In this document: positions 50,944 to 64,000 of the stretch, piece after piece | Layout: each line of letters begins with the position of its first letter | Numbering within the stretch: position 1 is the stretch's first letter | NCBI GenBank assembly: GCA_000320545.1 | Contig: ADNK01000874.1 | Coordinates: 62,001 to 126,000, forward strand | DNA: 64,000 nucleotides | Reading direction: 5' to 3' | Source: Bigelowiella natans CCMP2755 | Lineage: Eukaryota; Protista; Cercozoa | Position numbers and translations under genes: made by a program | Notes under the pieces: generated by a model | Databases searched by the model: none | Seen by the model: only the letters and a program-made list of their open reading frames with translations | Told to the model about the DNA's origin: nothing

Positions 50944-52730
50944 CATAAAGGGTATTGTCATCTGTGCACAAAAAAACATATTACGATCTGGGATACACTT
51001 TGAATCTTTGCAAGCATGCCTTTCAGTGAGCTTTTTCCCAGCAATAAATCTCTTATTATTCACAGGTTACTGGAGGTTGGAGGGCGGAGAAAGGTGGCCA
51101 CGCCATCATGTATATTGTGGAACGAACAGGAACATCGAAGGGGCGTTTCACTGTGTGCAATACAGGGCAGGGTAACTATTAGGACGCCTTGAAACTATTT
51201 CTGTTCCGATACTTATGATTTCATTTTTCATTTGAAAATTAGGCCTCGGATATCACCCTTCGTCGGCATCTGATCCACCAAAGATAAAGTTCAAGAATTC
51301 TATGTTTATAGACGATATTCCATGGGAGCGTCTTGGAGGGCCAGGTAGAAATTCAAAATAGATTCCGGAATCGGCCAATGGGCTAACGTTGAACATTCTC
51401 AGCATTCTGGATGTTCGCGCTACATCTCCGAACTGGTAAAAAAAACGTGGTAAACTCAACCTGTCCAACCTTATAATTACATGTATATGCTTAGACTTCC
51501 ACCCGGATCATAAGGGACAGGATCTGTAAGAAATTTGAATATATTACTGTACCACACCATCTGATCGTCATTGTTACAGATTCTACAAGAATCTCCTTCC
51601 ATATCTGGCATGTGAGCCTCTGGCTGTTAGTTTAAAGAAAACGTTTGACGATCCCATCTGTGACTGGAGATCTCCTCAGAGGTGATCTACATACCTTCAA
51701 ATTGAAATATTGAATTTAGGAAACCCACCAATAGTCATGCAGATAACATAGTCAACAAGACCTGTTCCACATGTACTGATATTTTCATTGTTATATCGAT
51801 GCTCAGATCGGGAACCTGCTATTTTAAATGCGTGATGGAAGCTGTCCACTATACGCACCGAAGATTGGGAATGTCTTCTGACGGTTCCAAGATAGTATCG
51901 TCTATGATTCGCTACTGTAAGCAAATGAAAGCCTGAGGAAACCCAAGCAGTACTTGATACTATATTTGGTGCAATCAGGGGTTGCGAAGTGGACACTTTC
52001 AGATTTAAGGCAAGCTCCTAGCATAAAGGAGAGCGACAGATGTCTGGTAAGGATTGGCGCAGAACAATTAGCTTATTCCGTCTCTAAGTTAAATTCTATG
52101 GGAGATGCTGTTCTGAGGACGGTGAAGAATCTAGCCGAAGATGTTATAGCTACTGTCAACAGCAAAAAGAACCTGGTAGCTTCTACACATTCCAGATCCA
52201 AAATGATGCTTTCGAATATTACTCCGGATGTTTTTTAAAAAATTGTGATAGGATTCTTTCGTCAGTCTTGCTAGGAAAATATGATATCTGCGGACACATC
52301 TGATTCACTGATTAATTTCTTCCTCCCCACCCCTTGTATTTTAATCGGTGGTGTTGTCCACGCATGCTTCCATCTATACTCAAGGATGAAGATAGTCTGC
52401 ACCCACCGCCGTTGATTTCTTTAGGAAATGGCAAGCATGAATACGAAGATTTCTCTGGATTTGAGAGAATACTACGTGTCACCACCCCAGGCATGGGCCC
52501 CAAAAAACTTCCAAGGGAATTTGTTTCTGTTTTATTCGACAGGCTACCAAAGAAGGTCTGGTTCGCATACTTTCCAGCTTCTTGATGGAAAAGTGTCACC
52601 GCCTATTTTTCAATTGCACATCATCCTCCATCCATGTCGTTCAAAGCGAAGATTTCGATTTTGCAAGCCCATAGTGTTAAGTATAGTGACCATGTTGCTA
52701 TTTTCTTTCATCTTTTTCGCATACGAAAAT

Positions 52731-52770
<40 letters not shown>

Positions 52771-55700
52771 ATTGGTGAGTATTGAGAAATTTATGTGGAA
52801 GGATTAAAAATTGGCGAACATCTTACTTTAGGTGGAGGATTTTGAGAGCATGTTAAATGCGCTCCGAATTTGCAACGAGTTGTGCTTGCAGTTGACGAAT
52901 CAAGAGAGTATCAAACATCCTAAAATACTACAAATGGCATTGATTCAACATGTAGTCACAGAATTGGTGCCTATTCCTCAACCCCCCAGCAGTATTGTCG
53001 ATAAATCGTTGAAGGGATGTAGTAATAACCCTTTGCGACCCACTCGACGCTGCTTGTGGGATCAACCGATGAAATTGGAAACAAAACGTGAGATTCTATT
53101 TCTGACGCACAAACTAGCCGAGCATTTTGCAACTGCAAGTCTTTCTGTATTGTCTTCAAGCTCACTCGATGGAGCTCGAATAGTCGTTACGACATGTTTA
53201 TGGGCATACATGGATGTTATGTTCAGAACTATTCCCTCTGACGAGTCTTCGGTTGTGTTCGACGTTATCCATGACGAGAAAAATAGATACACTTTATCTG
53301 TCAACGGGATGCAGAATATTCGAAATTTTGAAAGTTATTTGATGTGTATGCCAAGGCTCGCGCTTGCTCAATCAGCAGTACGGGAATACTTTGAGGCAGT
53401 CAGCGAACATGATCGAAAACTTCAGAGGTCACTTAAAGAATCTTTGTAGAAACTGGTTAGTTGATCCAAAGTAATATTCCGTGCATTGTTTACTTTGGGC
53501 AGGCGTCCTATCAAAGGAATTGAAATGGGAATTGAATTGGTGACGCGGATTATGAAGGAGCTGGGTATGGATGTGTCAGATTCCAAGGAAGTCCTACAGC
53601 AATATGCAGTGTGCATCAAAGAGGACCCCGAAGATCCAGAAAAACTTAGGCACATACCCGGTACTCTGATGTATGACTATCCTGAATTAAGGATATTGCG
53701 AGACCTTCCTTTGGTTCTCAAAAGGGCAAACTACCACCCAACGGGGGGCCTGCTACGATTGGAAAGAGATGCAGCGGAGATAGTTCATAAAATTGATAAA
53801 GGCAAAGTTAAGTCATCTATACCAGGCTTGGATCAGATTGGTACTCCGCCTACCCGACGTGGTAGTAAGGCTGACGTCGCTTATTACATCAAGAGAACAG
53901 AGGGGGTTAAGAAGTGCGAAACAGAGGATGATGTTCTTTACACAAGGGATCTTCCCACCTTCGAAAACAAGATCTTTGGGCAAGATTGCGAGTTACTGCT
54001 ATCATATTTGACGGTTCCGTATATGAGGATCCCCTTGGTGTTGGGCTTCTTTTCGACGCCTGAACGTGTACGTGCGCTTCAAGTACCTGAGTTACGAGAC
54101 CTGCTTGAATCAGTAGTGTTTGAGCCAGGAAGATGGATCTCTCCTAAAAATTCAGCAAATGTATTATTTTACTACGAATGAGAGAGATGGTCATATGATG
54201 CTTATACCACCTTTAAACTTGTTTTCAGGTCCCCACAGCTGTCCCAGCAAACCCAATTGAAATAGGAACATCCAACGGATTGCTGCTGAGCGAGCTCTCA
54301 CGTTCTCCAAGACATGTGACAGGCTCATTAGTCCGACTCCTCCGTCTTGCCGCTGATGCACGCGACGGAAAATATAACTCAAACGGTGCACTTATTCTAT
54401 ACTTTGCAACGCGCATGGCTGCAAGGATCGAAGGCTTCATGCAGTACCTAATAAATTTATCTGAGACGTTCAAATTTGGACGAAAGAAAAAAAGGAGTAG
54501 GGGTGTTGTCGCTGCTGTAGCTTCGAATATATGGAGTGAGTGCGAAAAATCATGTCTCCAACTTCTCGGGTACGTTTCTCTCGCATTCACGTGTATTTTT
54601 CCATCTCATGAAGTACAACATAGTAACTTTTCTGTTTACACAGACTAACACAAATCTACCAATCTTTTAAGTTTCATGAAATTACAAAGCAGCTCACCGA
54701 CATCTTGCTGCATTGCTTCCGATTCATGATTAATATAAGCCCTTCATGTAGGTATTGCATGGATTGTCCAACAGAGGATGCCGACCCAGAAGAACCCATT
54801 GAAGAAGACACACAAGAAGTAAAGGCCCTCAAAGAGGCTAGGGAGGAGTTGCGAGAAGCTTATGAGACTCTTGATATTTACGAAACTCTCTCCAAATGGG
54901 CGGAAAAAGCTATTAGTGCTAAGCAGTGGATAGCAGGAAATCGTTGCCAAGTGCATATCGCACTGCTATATGCTCATATGTCAACGGCCGAGTACGTAGA
55001 AAATCCTGAACATTTGAAGAGATTTCTTGCCTCATCTTTCTATGTCCTCACACGGCACACATTTGGCGCTCGTTCGGAGGACAACGAAGAAATTGATTTC
55101 CCTGAAAGCGAGTTTTTCTACGTTCTTCAGCAGCAGAGGCTTACCATTCTCAGCTCGTTTCAAAGCATTGCAGGACAGAGTGCTGGTTTGCAGGTACACA
55201 AAGACTTGAACGAAGTTTTGAACCACGTTCTTGAAACAGTTCTCGAAGTGAGCGGCGAGAACGAAGAGAAATTGGAAGATGAAGAAGAAGAAAAACCACA
55301 GAGACAACTTGTTGCCGACAGCAAAAAAACTAATGAACCAAGCCGCAGATGGGTACAGGGCCGTAGAAATGCCAGAGCTATTGGTGATGACAGCAAGGGT
55401 GAATCAGAATCCAGAGGAGATGGGCGATTTTGTGCTGAAACTGTGTCCTCAGATGGCAAAGTGCTTTCACAAACGGAAGTTTTGGATTTGATGTGCTGGC
55501 AACTTACTGTTGGGGCCGAAAATTTGCGTGCTGTTGACAAAGAGATAGTAGCACATACGGATGGAGATTTTCAGACCGTGTTTGGTAAAGCAACTCTACA
55601 ATGTGCGGAGAAGGAAGTTGCTAAATTTTGCACAACTCTCGCCATTATTGGCAGAAAAGAGGGCGAGTAAGTGTAAAATTATTCAAATACATTGTTTACT

Positions 55701-58700
55701 GTAGTAATAAGTATGTTATGATTTTTATGTAGGTACGAATTGAAGCATTGGGCTAAGGATGAAAGTGGATGTAAAGAACTTCCGTGGATGAAAAGACCTT
55801 ACACTCAGGGTACGGTAAAAAAACATGAGAAGTGGGTCTTAGACGTATTCCCCCCCTGTGAAGCAAGAAGGGGTGTTTGGAACATACATTACAAGCCTGG
55901 AAAGAGCGGGGGCGTGTCCCAGTGGTTCATGCCGATCAAACCGCTGGCAAAGGATGCAAACATTTGCCTTCTAACAGGGCAGCATGCGTTTACATATCGC
56001 GGTGAGAGTGTTAAGATCCTGCGAGAAGCCTTATTGCACAAAAGCTCAGGACTGGTGGAAATCTTTGCTGTATTCAAAAGCGGTAGGCGAGAGCGAAAAA
56101 CCCTATGCTGGGCATCCGATGGACGCAGATGCTTAGGTTTGAACAACACCTTAACTGCGGGTATGTTTAACTCGAACGAGCGCGGCACATATTGGCCTAC
56201 AGAGCTTCGTTATGAATCTGGAAACAAAAACCATTGTATTCCATATTTCAAAACTACCTCAATCACAATAAAGCGTTTGCTGAAGAATAAGGCCTCTGAA
56301 GGTTGGGAGCAATATATTCCAGCCAGGAATTTGAGGGGTTTACTACCAGATGCACTTGTAGAGAGTTATCGCTTCTGGCAGGTGAGCAGCGACGACTTAG
56401 TTGGGGAGATGATTGGGCGCCAAGGGGAGTACAAGATTTATGTTAAAATGATGAGGCAACTCGGAAAAAATGGAGATGCGGCGCTCTACGATGAGAAGGA
56501 AAGAGTAGTCCTCGGCTGCGGTGCAAGGATTATGAGAATACCGATCAATGATGACGGCAAGGACCCGACAATCAAGAAAATGACTCTCTTGGATATTCAA
56601 AAAGCTCCTAAAGATTCACCTTTACACTCCATTCAGGAAGTATTGTGCCAGATCGAAAGTTTGTCACATATTTTAGTTTGGACCTATGAAGAAGTAAAGG
56701 AAGGATCTGAGTGTAAAATTGATTTAATCGAATTACCACGAATGGAATTGACATTCCGTATCGATGATTACGGTGATGGCCCTCGTCTCTACAGTGTAGA
56801 TTTGGGCAACAAGTTTGTATCAAATTATCGTTCAGAACTCTCAAATCAGATGGTTAACCGTATCCCTCATGCCTTGATTCTGGAGGATTCTTCCCAAAAA
56901 CGATCTTTGCTGGTACCGAACATTAAGTTCATGAGACCATGCGTCAAAGGCCAGCCTTTCAGCTCTCAAGTATATGCCAATCCTTACGATTGGGAATGGA
57001 ATAAGACGAGAAAGATGCCGTATTTTCTATACAGAATCCACACTTCTGAGTCCTTCCTCTACACAACAACACTTTCCTCTAATTTATATCTTTTGGCTCT
57101 CCGATTTGCCAATCGTGAGTATCACCGTGCGTTTGCTCTATCCGAATCGTTGGTGGTGGATGGCAGTCTAACGAAAGAGGAAAAGCTCATTATCACAGTG
57201 ATTGAAAGCTTCAAGGATCCCCACCCAAATGCTCATGCTGTGCGCCTGAAAATCAAGTGTGGCTTGTCGTCGCAATTTGAGCTCAAGGAAGGAGATGTTC
57301 TTGGTTACATCTCAAAGCGCTCGCACATATCGGCCAACTGCAGACTCACCCTTGAGGATGAACAACTAGTGATGCGTGGTGGGAAGACAGCACAAGTTAC
57401 AAACAGATCTGCATATCTTGCTGCCTTAGAGCGAAAGGGAAGGACTGTGGGGCAGAGTAGCAGTTCGTGGCCAACTGGCACCGGTAATTGGACTGTTGTT
57501 CCTCAACTTGCTACCTGGGAGGAGAGAAAGACTCTCACATATTCCGAATCCAGCAAACTTCAAAAAGAAAAACTCGACTACAAAGCAATTACAGGCAACT
57601 TGGAGGATGAGGTTCTTGTTGATACTATCCACAGTCTATGGGGCATGTCATTGGATGGTTCAGATAATTTTCAAAAGGGGTGGTTGTTTCTTTACACTCT
57701 TTTGATTCAAGAGACAGGCTGTAGTATTGCTGGTGTTGAATGCGGCCATGCCGTTGCGGGTCTGCTGTACTCCCTTTCACTTACGATGCAACCGAAAACG
57801 AGCAACACATTCCTTGGATATCCGAAAAAAATAATCGGATTATTGTGCGCTTTAAGAGCGGGAGACTGCGTAGGAACAAATTGGTCCGAAAATGCGAAGG
57901 AAATCCAGGACCCCAAACATCCTCTAGATAAGAAAAAAAAAATCACCCCGATATACATGGGAGTGGAAAGTACTCCTCCTAGATTTCTCTGCCGATCATT
58001 TAAAGGAGCCATGCGTTATTCATCTCCGCTCAGTACGTTCAAATATTACACGAACCAGCAGGAAAAAATGGATTCAAATTCTCCTGTGTGGCAGCTGTTA
58101 TGGAGGGTCCTCAGATGGACAAGTAAAATGCAAGGGAGAGGCAAATTTCCTAACTTTAAACGACTGTCTTCGCCTTCAGCACGTGTTTCTGTTCCAGCGT
58201 ACGCGACTGTAAGTGTCACGTGGAACCCAAGAGAATGGGCTTCACCTCATTTAGTAAATTGTCAGCTTGGTCTCAGGCAAATTCCATCACAGATACGAAT
58301 TAATTCCCAAATCACTGTCGATTCTAAGGAATTTCAGGCGTTCGCAACAAAGCCGTTGGGCGACCAAGTTGATCTAAAAAAATATACTGATCTCTCTTCT
58401 GGAAAGAAAAATTATCTGAAGGAAATGCCATTCAATATCGAAAGTGATTCACGTGCTAAGAATCGACTTGCACAGGGCATGCTAACTCGCATAACAACAG
58501 ATATCAACATGTACGCCAAAAAAATGAAAGTCTCTCGTGCACTAAAGATAGCTACGATGCCGGACCAACAGATGGAGAAATTTGCAAAGGGCAGAGGCAA
58601 TCCCTCAAAGGCGATCGGACTGCTGAAAGAACTTCGCTCTGATTTGGTGAAAGCGAGGGCTGAAGACCGCGAGACTGTCAACGCAGCAATTTCAGAACTT

Positions 58701-59252
58701 TTAACACTTGCGAATAAGATTGATACTGAATCCAAGGGAGGCACTGGCATCAATTCTGTCGGTAGTCGTCTGCGGTTTTCATTGCGTCAGTTGTGTGAAA
58801 GCGAGGTCAAAATAACCATTCATTACCTCGTCGGATCCGTTATCTCAGCGAGGTATATGAAAGATGTACAAGCTCTCAATCCTTATCTCTCCCAATCAAA
58901 AGTAGAGAGACTAATGCATATTGTCACGGTATTAATGCTATACACTTGCCGAATAGACCAAACAAATTGGGCATTGGAAGGATTAGAATCTCTCGTCTAT
59001 AAGCTTTCGAAATGTAAAAATGGTGGTTCTTCTCGGCCTGGTGCTGCGGAATTGATTAAAGAAGCAGATGGCCTAGCAATGAAGATATCAAATGCACGTC
59101 ATTACTTTCAAATCAAGAAGGAATTGAATAGTCAAATCAGGATGAACGCGGATGATACATACGCCGCTAATGTAGCGTTGCAAGAGAAAGGGAAGGCTCG
59201 GCAATACTTTGATCCAAGGTACACACACACGCACAAAGACAGACAGACAGAC

Positions 59253-59299
<47 letters not shown>

Positions 59300-62115
59300 G
59301 GTGGGGAGGGGGCATGGGGGGAGAAAGAGACGGTATCCCTCTACTCTGATGCTGAATGAATAATCTATTTTTACCTACTACCTCTTCAGATACTTAGTCT
59401 CAGAGTATGCACTCGGTTTCCTCTTGCGTAAAAAGCAAGTGCGTTTAATTCGCACGTTCATGGAATACGAAGGGAACAAGAAAAGCCGCGTTGAGCAGAT
59501 GATCATGGGAGCCGGAAAAACTACCGTTGTGGGCCCAATGCTAGCGCTAATGTGTGCGGATGGTCATCGGTTTGTCATCCAGATCGTACCGATTGCTTTG
59601 CTCGAAATGTCTCGAGCAGTTATGCGAGAGCGTTTCTCTGTCATTATCCGAAAACCCATTATGACGCTTTCATTCACAAGAACTGCACGCAAATATGACG
59701 ACCAGATCGCATATTACGATGGCATTTTTAATAAGCTTTCCACTTGTGTCAAAATGCATGGCGTGTGTTGCTCCACCCCAACTTCAGTAAAATCAGTCAT
59801 GATAAAGTACGTGGAACACCTATACAACTGCGGTATCAACCCTTCGAATGATAAAGTAGCTCAGAACTCCCGACAATTGGCAAGTTCCCTGAAGCGTATA
59901 GTCCAATTATTTCGGACAGGGGTTACGATTATGGATGAAGTTGATATGGTGCTGCATCCATTAAGGAGTGAGCTCAACTTTCCAATAGGCGCAAGAGAGC
60001 CCATTGACTTTCTGAACAAAGGATATCGATATAAACTACCCATGTTCCTTTTCGACGCCTTTCTTTACGCTCAGCATGGCCAAACTAAGTACGTTCCTTC
60101 GTTCAACAATTCAACCCAATACAAGTCAATTCTAGACAAAATTATGGCGGCCGTAAAGGAAGGGTGTAGTGATGAGAACTCCGCCTTTCAGCAGTCACCA
60201 CATCTTGTGTTGCTGAATAATGATTACTACATGACTGCAATAAGACCTCTTTTGGCCGAATGGATGTTATTATGGTTAGAAGAACAGCATTTTCATGGTC
60301 TTGAGAAGAAGCACACTCTCATATACATTATTCATGGCCCGCAGCAACGCAAGGACATCGCAGATCTTGCGAGATCGTCTGTCAAAGGTGTGTATATGAA
60401 AATGCTCAATCTCACGCACGACTGGTTGAACATAATGGGGCCACATTGCCTCTCCATGATAAATCGTGTGAAATTTGGCATTCTTACAACGTCTGACGTG
60501 GACCGCTTGACTACGCTTTATAAGAACTGCTCTATGACCCTTTCAAGAAAGTTATGCGCGGTTCCATTCGTCGGCAAGGATGTACCATCGAGATCTTCAG
60601 AGTTTGCACATCCTGATATCATCATTGGTCTGACAATATTAGCTTATCGCTACGACGGCCTTAGGAGGACGAACTTCGACAGTATGATACAGTGTTTGCG
60701 GCAGGAGATGAAAAATGAAGCTGGTGGCCGCAACCTAGAAGATACAGATTCGTCGAGAAGGTTTGTGAGATGGATAGAGCTAGCAGGAGCACGTGTACGC
60801 GGACATGACGATAAGAAAGATTATGAAAAGGGGCAAATCATTGCTTTGAAGAAGATTCTCAAGAACGGAAGCCCTGATGGATCAATTCCACCAGAGATAA
60901 CTTGGAATCGTTGGCAAATTCTCGACATAGTACACGAGAAGAAGAAGCAGAAAAATAGAAACAAAGCAAAGATGCGGGGGTACATTCGCTGCAAACGTAT
61001 TGGTCCTATGAACCTCTCCAAATCCTCTGGACTCCAAGTTCAGCGAGATTTCGACATAGAAAATCTTGACGAGCTCAATGTCGTCGTCCCGTTGCACCTG
61101 TTAGATGTGCTTGATGAAGAGGTTTTGAGGACGCTTTTTACACTATTCGGGTCGCTACCACAAACAGTTGATTGGTTTCTTGACGTGTTGACGTTTACAA
61201 GAGTCTTGAGAGCTCAGCAGATCAAACTAAGTGCTTGTGGGCAGGAGCTTGGTGGTGACATGCTGTTTCAGACCCGCATGGGATTCTCAGGAACACCGAG
61301 TGACCTCGTTCCATTAGAATTATCGTGTGGATTTGAGAGAGGAGCTGATGCACAAATGCTTTACAACTTGACGTCGCCCTTGGTAATGGAAAGAATAGTG
61401 GATTTGCCAAAGAAGTGGACTGTTATGAAACTACTCAAAGGTCATTTTCCATCATCTTTTTGTATAATCAGACTATTCTTTTACAATATCATTTGACCGA
61501 ATTGAAAATCAAAGGTGCTTCCGTTCATTTTTGTTCAATGCATAAATGTTAGGCATCAGAGAGCAAAATCCACCATGCAGCGCTCTAATCGATACAGGGG
61601 CTTTGATTACTGGATATTCCAATGAGGAAGTGGCAAGAATCCTCCTACAGGATAGTAAGGGCCTTGTAGGAATGGACGGTGTAGTATTCTTGGATGAATT
61701 CGATCGCAAGATGGTTCTCGTTCGTCGCACCGGTCAAGTAGTAGGTCTCAAGCAAAGTGGAATGAATAAATCCCGCAGGTTTTCGTTCTACGACCAAGTT
61801 CACACAACAGGAATGGACATCAAGCAGGCTCTCAATGCACGGGCAATTATTACTCTTGGAAAGGACATGAGCTTCCGAGATTACGCACAGGGAGCGTACA
61901 GAATGAGAGGGATTGGCAAAGTGAGTGGTGGTGGTGATGGTGGGAAGATAGAATGTAGGAGAGTGCTGGGAAGAGGGGCAAGCGTCTAAGTTTTTTAATC
62001 AACAATGTTCCTTCAACTTTACGCTCCCACTGATTTGGCAAATATGTCGAATAAAATCATAATTTCTCACTTAATCTGTCATTTTTTTAACACAGTAAAT
62101 GCAACCATAATATTA

Positions 62116-62162
<47 letters not shown>

Positions 62163-64000
62163 CGAATTCACTTTTTGCGATGACACTATAGGGGCAGACT
62201 TTCGAGATATACGTAATTCCTGAAGTGAAGGAGGTGATTCGTCGAGAAGTCACCGACAGGAAGACTGTGAAAATGCTAAAGCCTTCTGGGTTGGAGAAGA
62301 GATTGGAGGAAATATGTGCCTGGTTGGTATTGAACCAACTGAAAATACAAAAGACGCAGTTCCAACAATTGTGTGTGCAAAATATTCAAAATGTACTTAG
62401 AAAGCGTGCATTTGGAGCACTCCTGGAAAATCCATCAAGTGTACCTCACAACGCGTATAAACGATTAGAAAAAGGAGAGTTCAAAGATACACAGGCAGCT
62501 GGTAGAAAGAGTAACTTTTATCTCGCAAAGTCGCTCGATCTTTTGCGCCAGCCAATCAATTTTGATATAGCCGACAAAGTGCCCGACAACGAAAACACGT
62601 TGGATTTGATGAATAAGGAAATAGAGAAGTGGAAAGCACCATTTATGTTGGACTCCAACGGTCGGGAACTCAAGGATGACAAGCAGCAGATTGACGGTGT
62701 TATTAAAGGGCTAGAATCTCTCTCTCAATCGGAGAATGTTGAAGAAGGCAAAGACCAGAGCAATGCTAAAAAAAGATCATTTCAGGGTGAGATGGTTCAA
62801 GAACAAGAGATCGAGCAAGAATCAAGGAAGGAAGAGGAGAGGGAGAGAGAAATCGAGATCGAAAAATATAGAGAGCTTGCTTACAGCCGCGACAATGAAG
62901 AACAAAAGGCATGGCAATGGTCTAGACTCGCAGATCCTAATCAAGCAGGTCTGGATTATAAAAAGCCACCGGAGGAAAAAAAACAAGATCCAATCGAACT
63001 CAAAGCTAAACCTCAATTACGATTCCATGACTTTTCACTCGTACTCGGCAACAAGCTGCTTCAGCATGATAAGACGACCCCAATTGCAATCGGCAACGCC
63101 CTAAAAGCGAAGGTTGTGGGTCTTTACTTCAGCGCTAGTTGGTGCAAACCCTGTCAGAATTTCACTCCAAAGTTGGTGAAAGCTTACGAAGCTCTTAAGA
63201 AAAGGGGGGAAAAGTTCGAAATCGTGCTGGTTTCTGGTGACAAAAACATTGAATCATTCCATCGATACAGGCTCAAAGTGCCAGGATTCTCTATTCCAAT
63301 GGAGGGGAAGAATCAAATGATCAAAAAGGTGATGAACCATTTCAATTGCAGTGGGTACCCTACTCTCATTATCTTAAATGGACTCACCGGTAATGTTATT
63401 TGCGGCAACGCCCGTGGTGCTGTGGCAAGAGATCCAGAAGGAAATAAATTTCCCTGGGGAAATACTAGTGATGTGAAAAGTATTAATCAACTGGATATAA
63501 AACGACCCAAACAAGAAGAGGCGATGTTTTACGAAGCAAGCAAGTTTCACCTTCTGAACAAAAAGCCCCTTAAGTTCAATGACCAGCTGTATTTCTCCGA
63601 AAACTACTACCGCAGAGCTTGGTCGTTGGTGTCCGAACGTCGACTTAAAAATGTGTGCATAATGTTGGAATGGATCCCAGATGTCTTCGCCGTTGAAAAA
63701 GAAAACGAATCAAAGGGAACTCAGGCGACAACAAATGGCAACGAGCGCAAAAATGGTGCAGGTGCGCAGTCACCCAAATCTAGGCGTCAAAGAGGCAACT
63801 TGAGCCCAAGACAGAGAAATTTCCTAGAAAAGGCCTTCGAAGCGCTCGATCTCGATGGAAATGGTACTATTTCCTCGGATGAAGTTGTTGGACTTGTTAG
63901 AGCTTTGAACCGGGCTCCGCAAATACCGGGCTTAATGGAATCTACAGACGAAAAGTTGATGCAAAGACCTGATAGGACCCCAATGTTCTCGCTCAAAAAA
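50218..64000 (+). CDS. Giant DUF3638/DUF3645 P-loop (SF2 helicase-like) protein with candidate N-terminal Cys-protease domain, thioredoxin (nucleoredoxin-like) domain and EF-hand; 3' partial
   Basis: Walker A QMIMGAGKTTV (59496-59528); Walker B IMDEVD; DUF3645 AVPFVGKDVPSRSSEFAHPDIIIGLTILAYRYDGL; GFSGT; ALIDTGAL; YDQVHTTGMD; QGAYRMRGIGK|GQ. The unlisted open frame 62191-64000 contains VGLYFSASWCKPCQNFTPKL...FEIVLVSGD and AFEALDLDGNGTISSDEV. The start at 50218 (MGDREKKHGEM|QNPRY...) is inferred from splice phase. Confidence 0.8.
59220..59295. repeat. (CA)n(CAGA)n(GA)n microsatellite at the start of an intron of the giant gene
   Basis: Seen directly. It follows the GTAC donor after ...YFDPR and produces the spurious THTH...ERERER tail of ORF 55740-59363. 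Confidence 0.9.

Noticed and set aside
1-64000. CRISPR arrays, rRNA/tRNA genes, transposase or reverse-transcriptase ORFs, telomeric repeats
   Set aside because: None recognised by eye. The repeats present are simple microsatellites, not repeat-spacer arrays. Small ncRNAs cannot be excluded without a covariance search.

Overview
Gene-dense, intron-rich eukaryotic (protist-like) nuclear DNA. Introns are short GT-AG types full of microsatellites, so most entries in the ORF track are single exons or repeat artefacts. I spliced about 11 genes by eye: Rif1-like (partial), CTF8, an NYN/PIN-nuclease + LRR + RGG-tail protein, a WW-WH2-DEP-PH-RhoGAP, a CxxS PDI-family protein, a Myb ... RING-H2 locus, PME-1, an Ariadne-type RBR E3 ligase, an uncharacterised gene or genes, a fumarate reductase-cytochrome b5 fusion ending in SKL, and a giant DUF3638/DUF3645 helicase-like protein with a candidate Cys-protease domain, a thioredoxin and an EF-hand (runs off the window end). 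The most striking unexplained signal is non-coding. Bounded 0.5-1.3 kb intergenic islands have lost almost all TpA except in CTAG/TAG, are rich in TG/CA/TGCA/CATG, and keep their CpG. They occur only in spacers containing a gene 3' end, never in head-to-head spacers. This suggests a locus-targeted TA->TG/CA hypermutation or base-modification system. Exon boundaries and dinucleotide counts are manual and approximate; no database searches were run.
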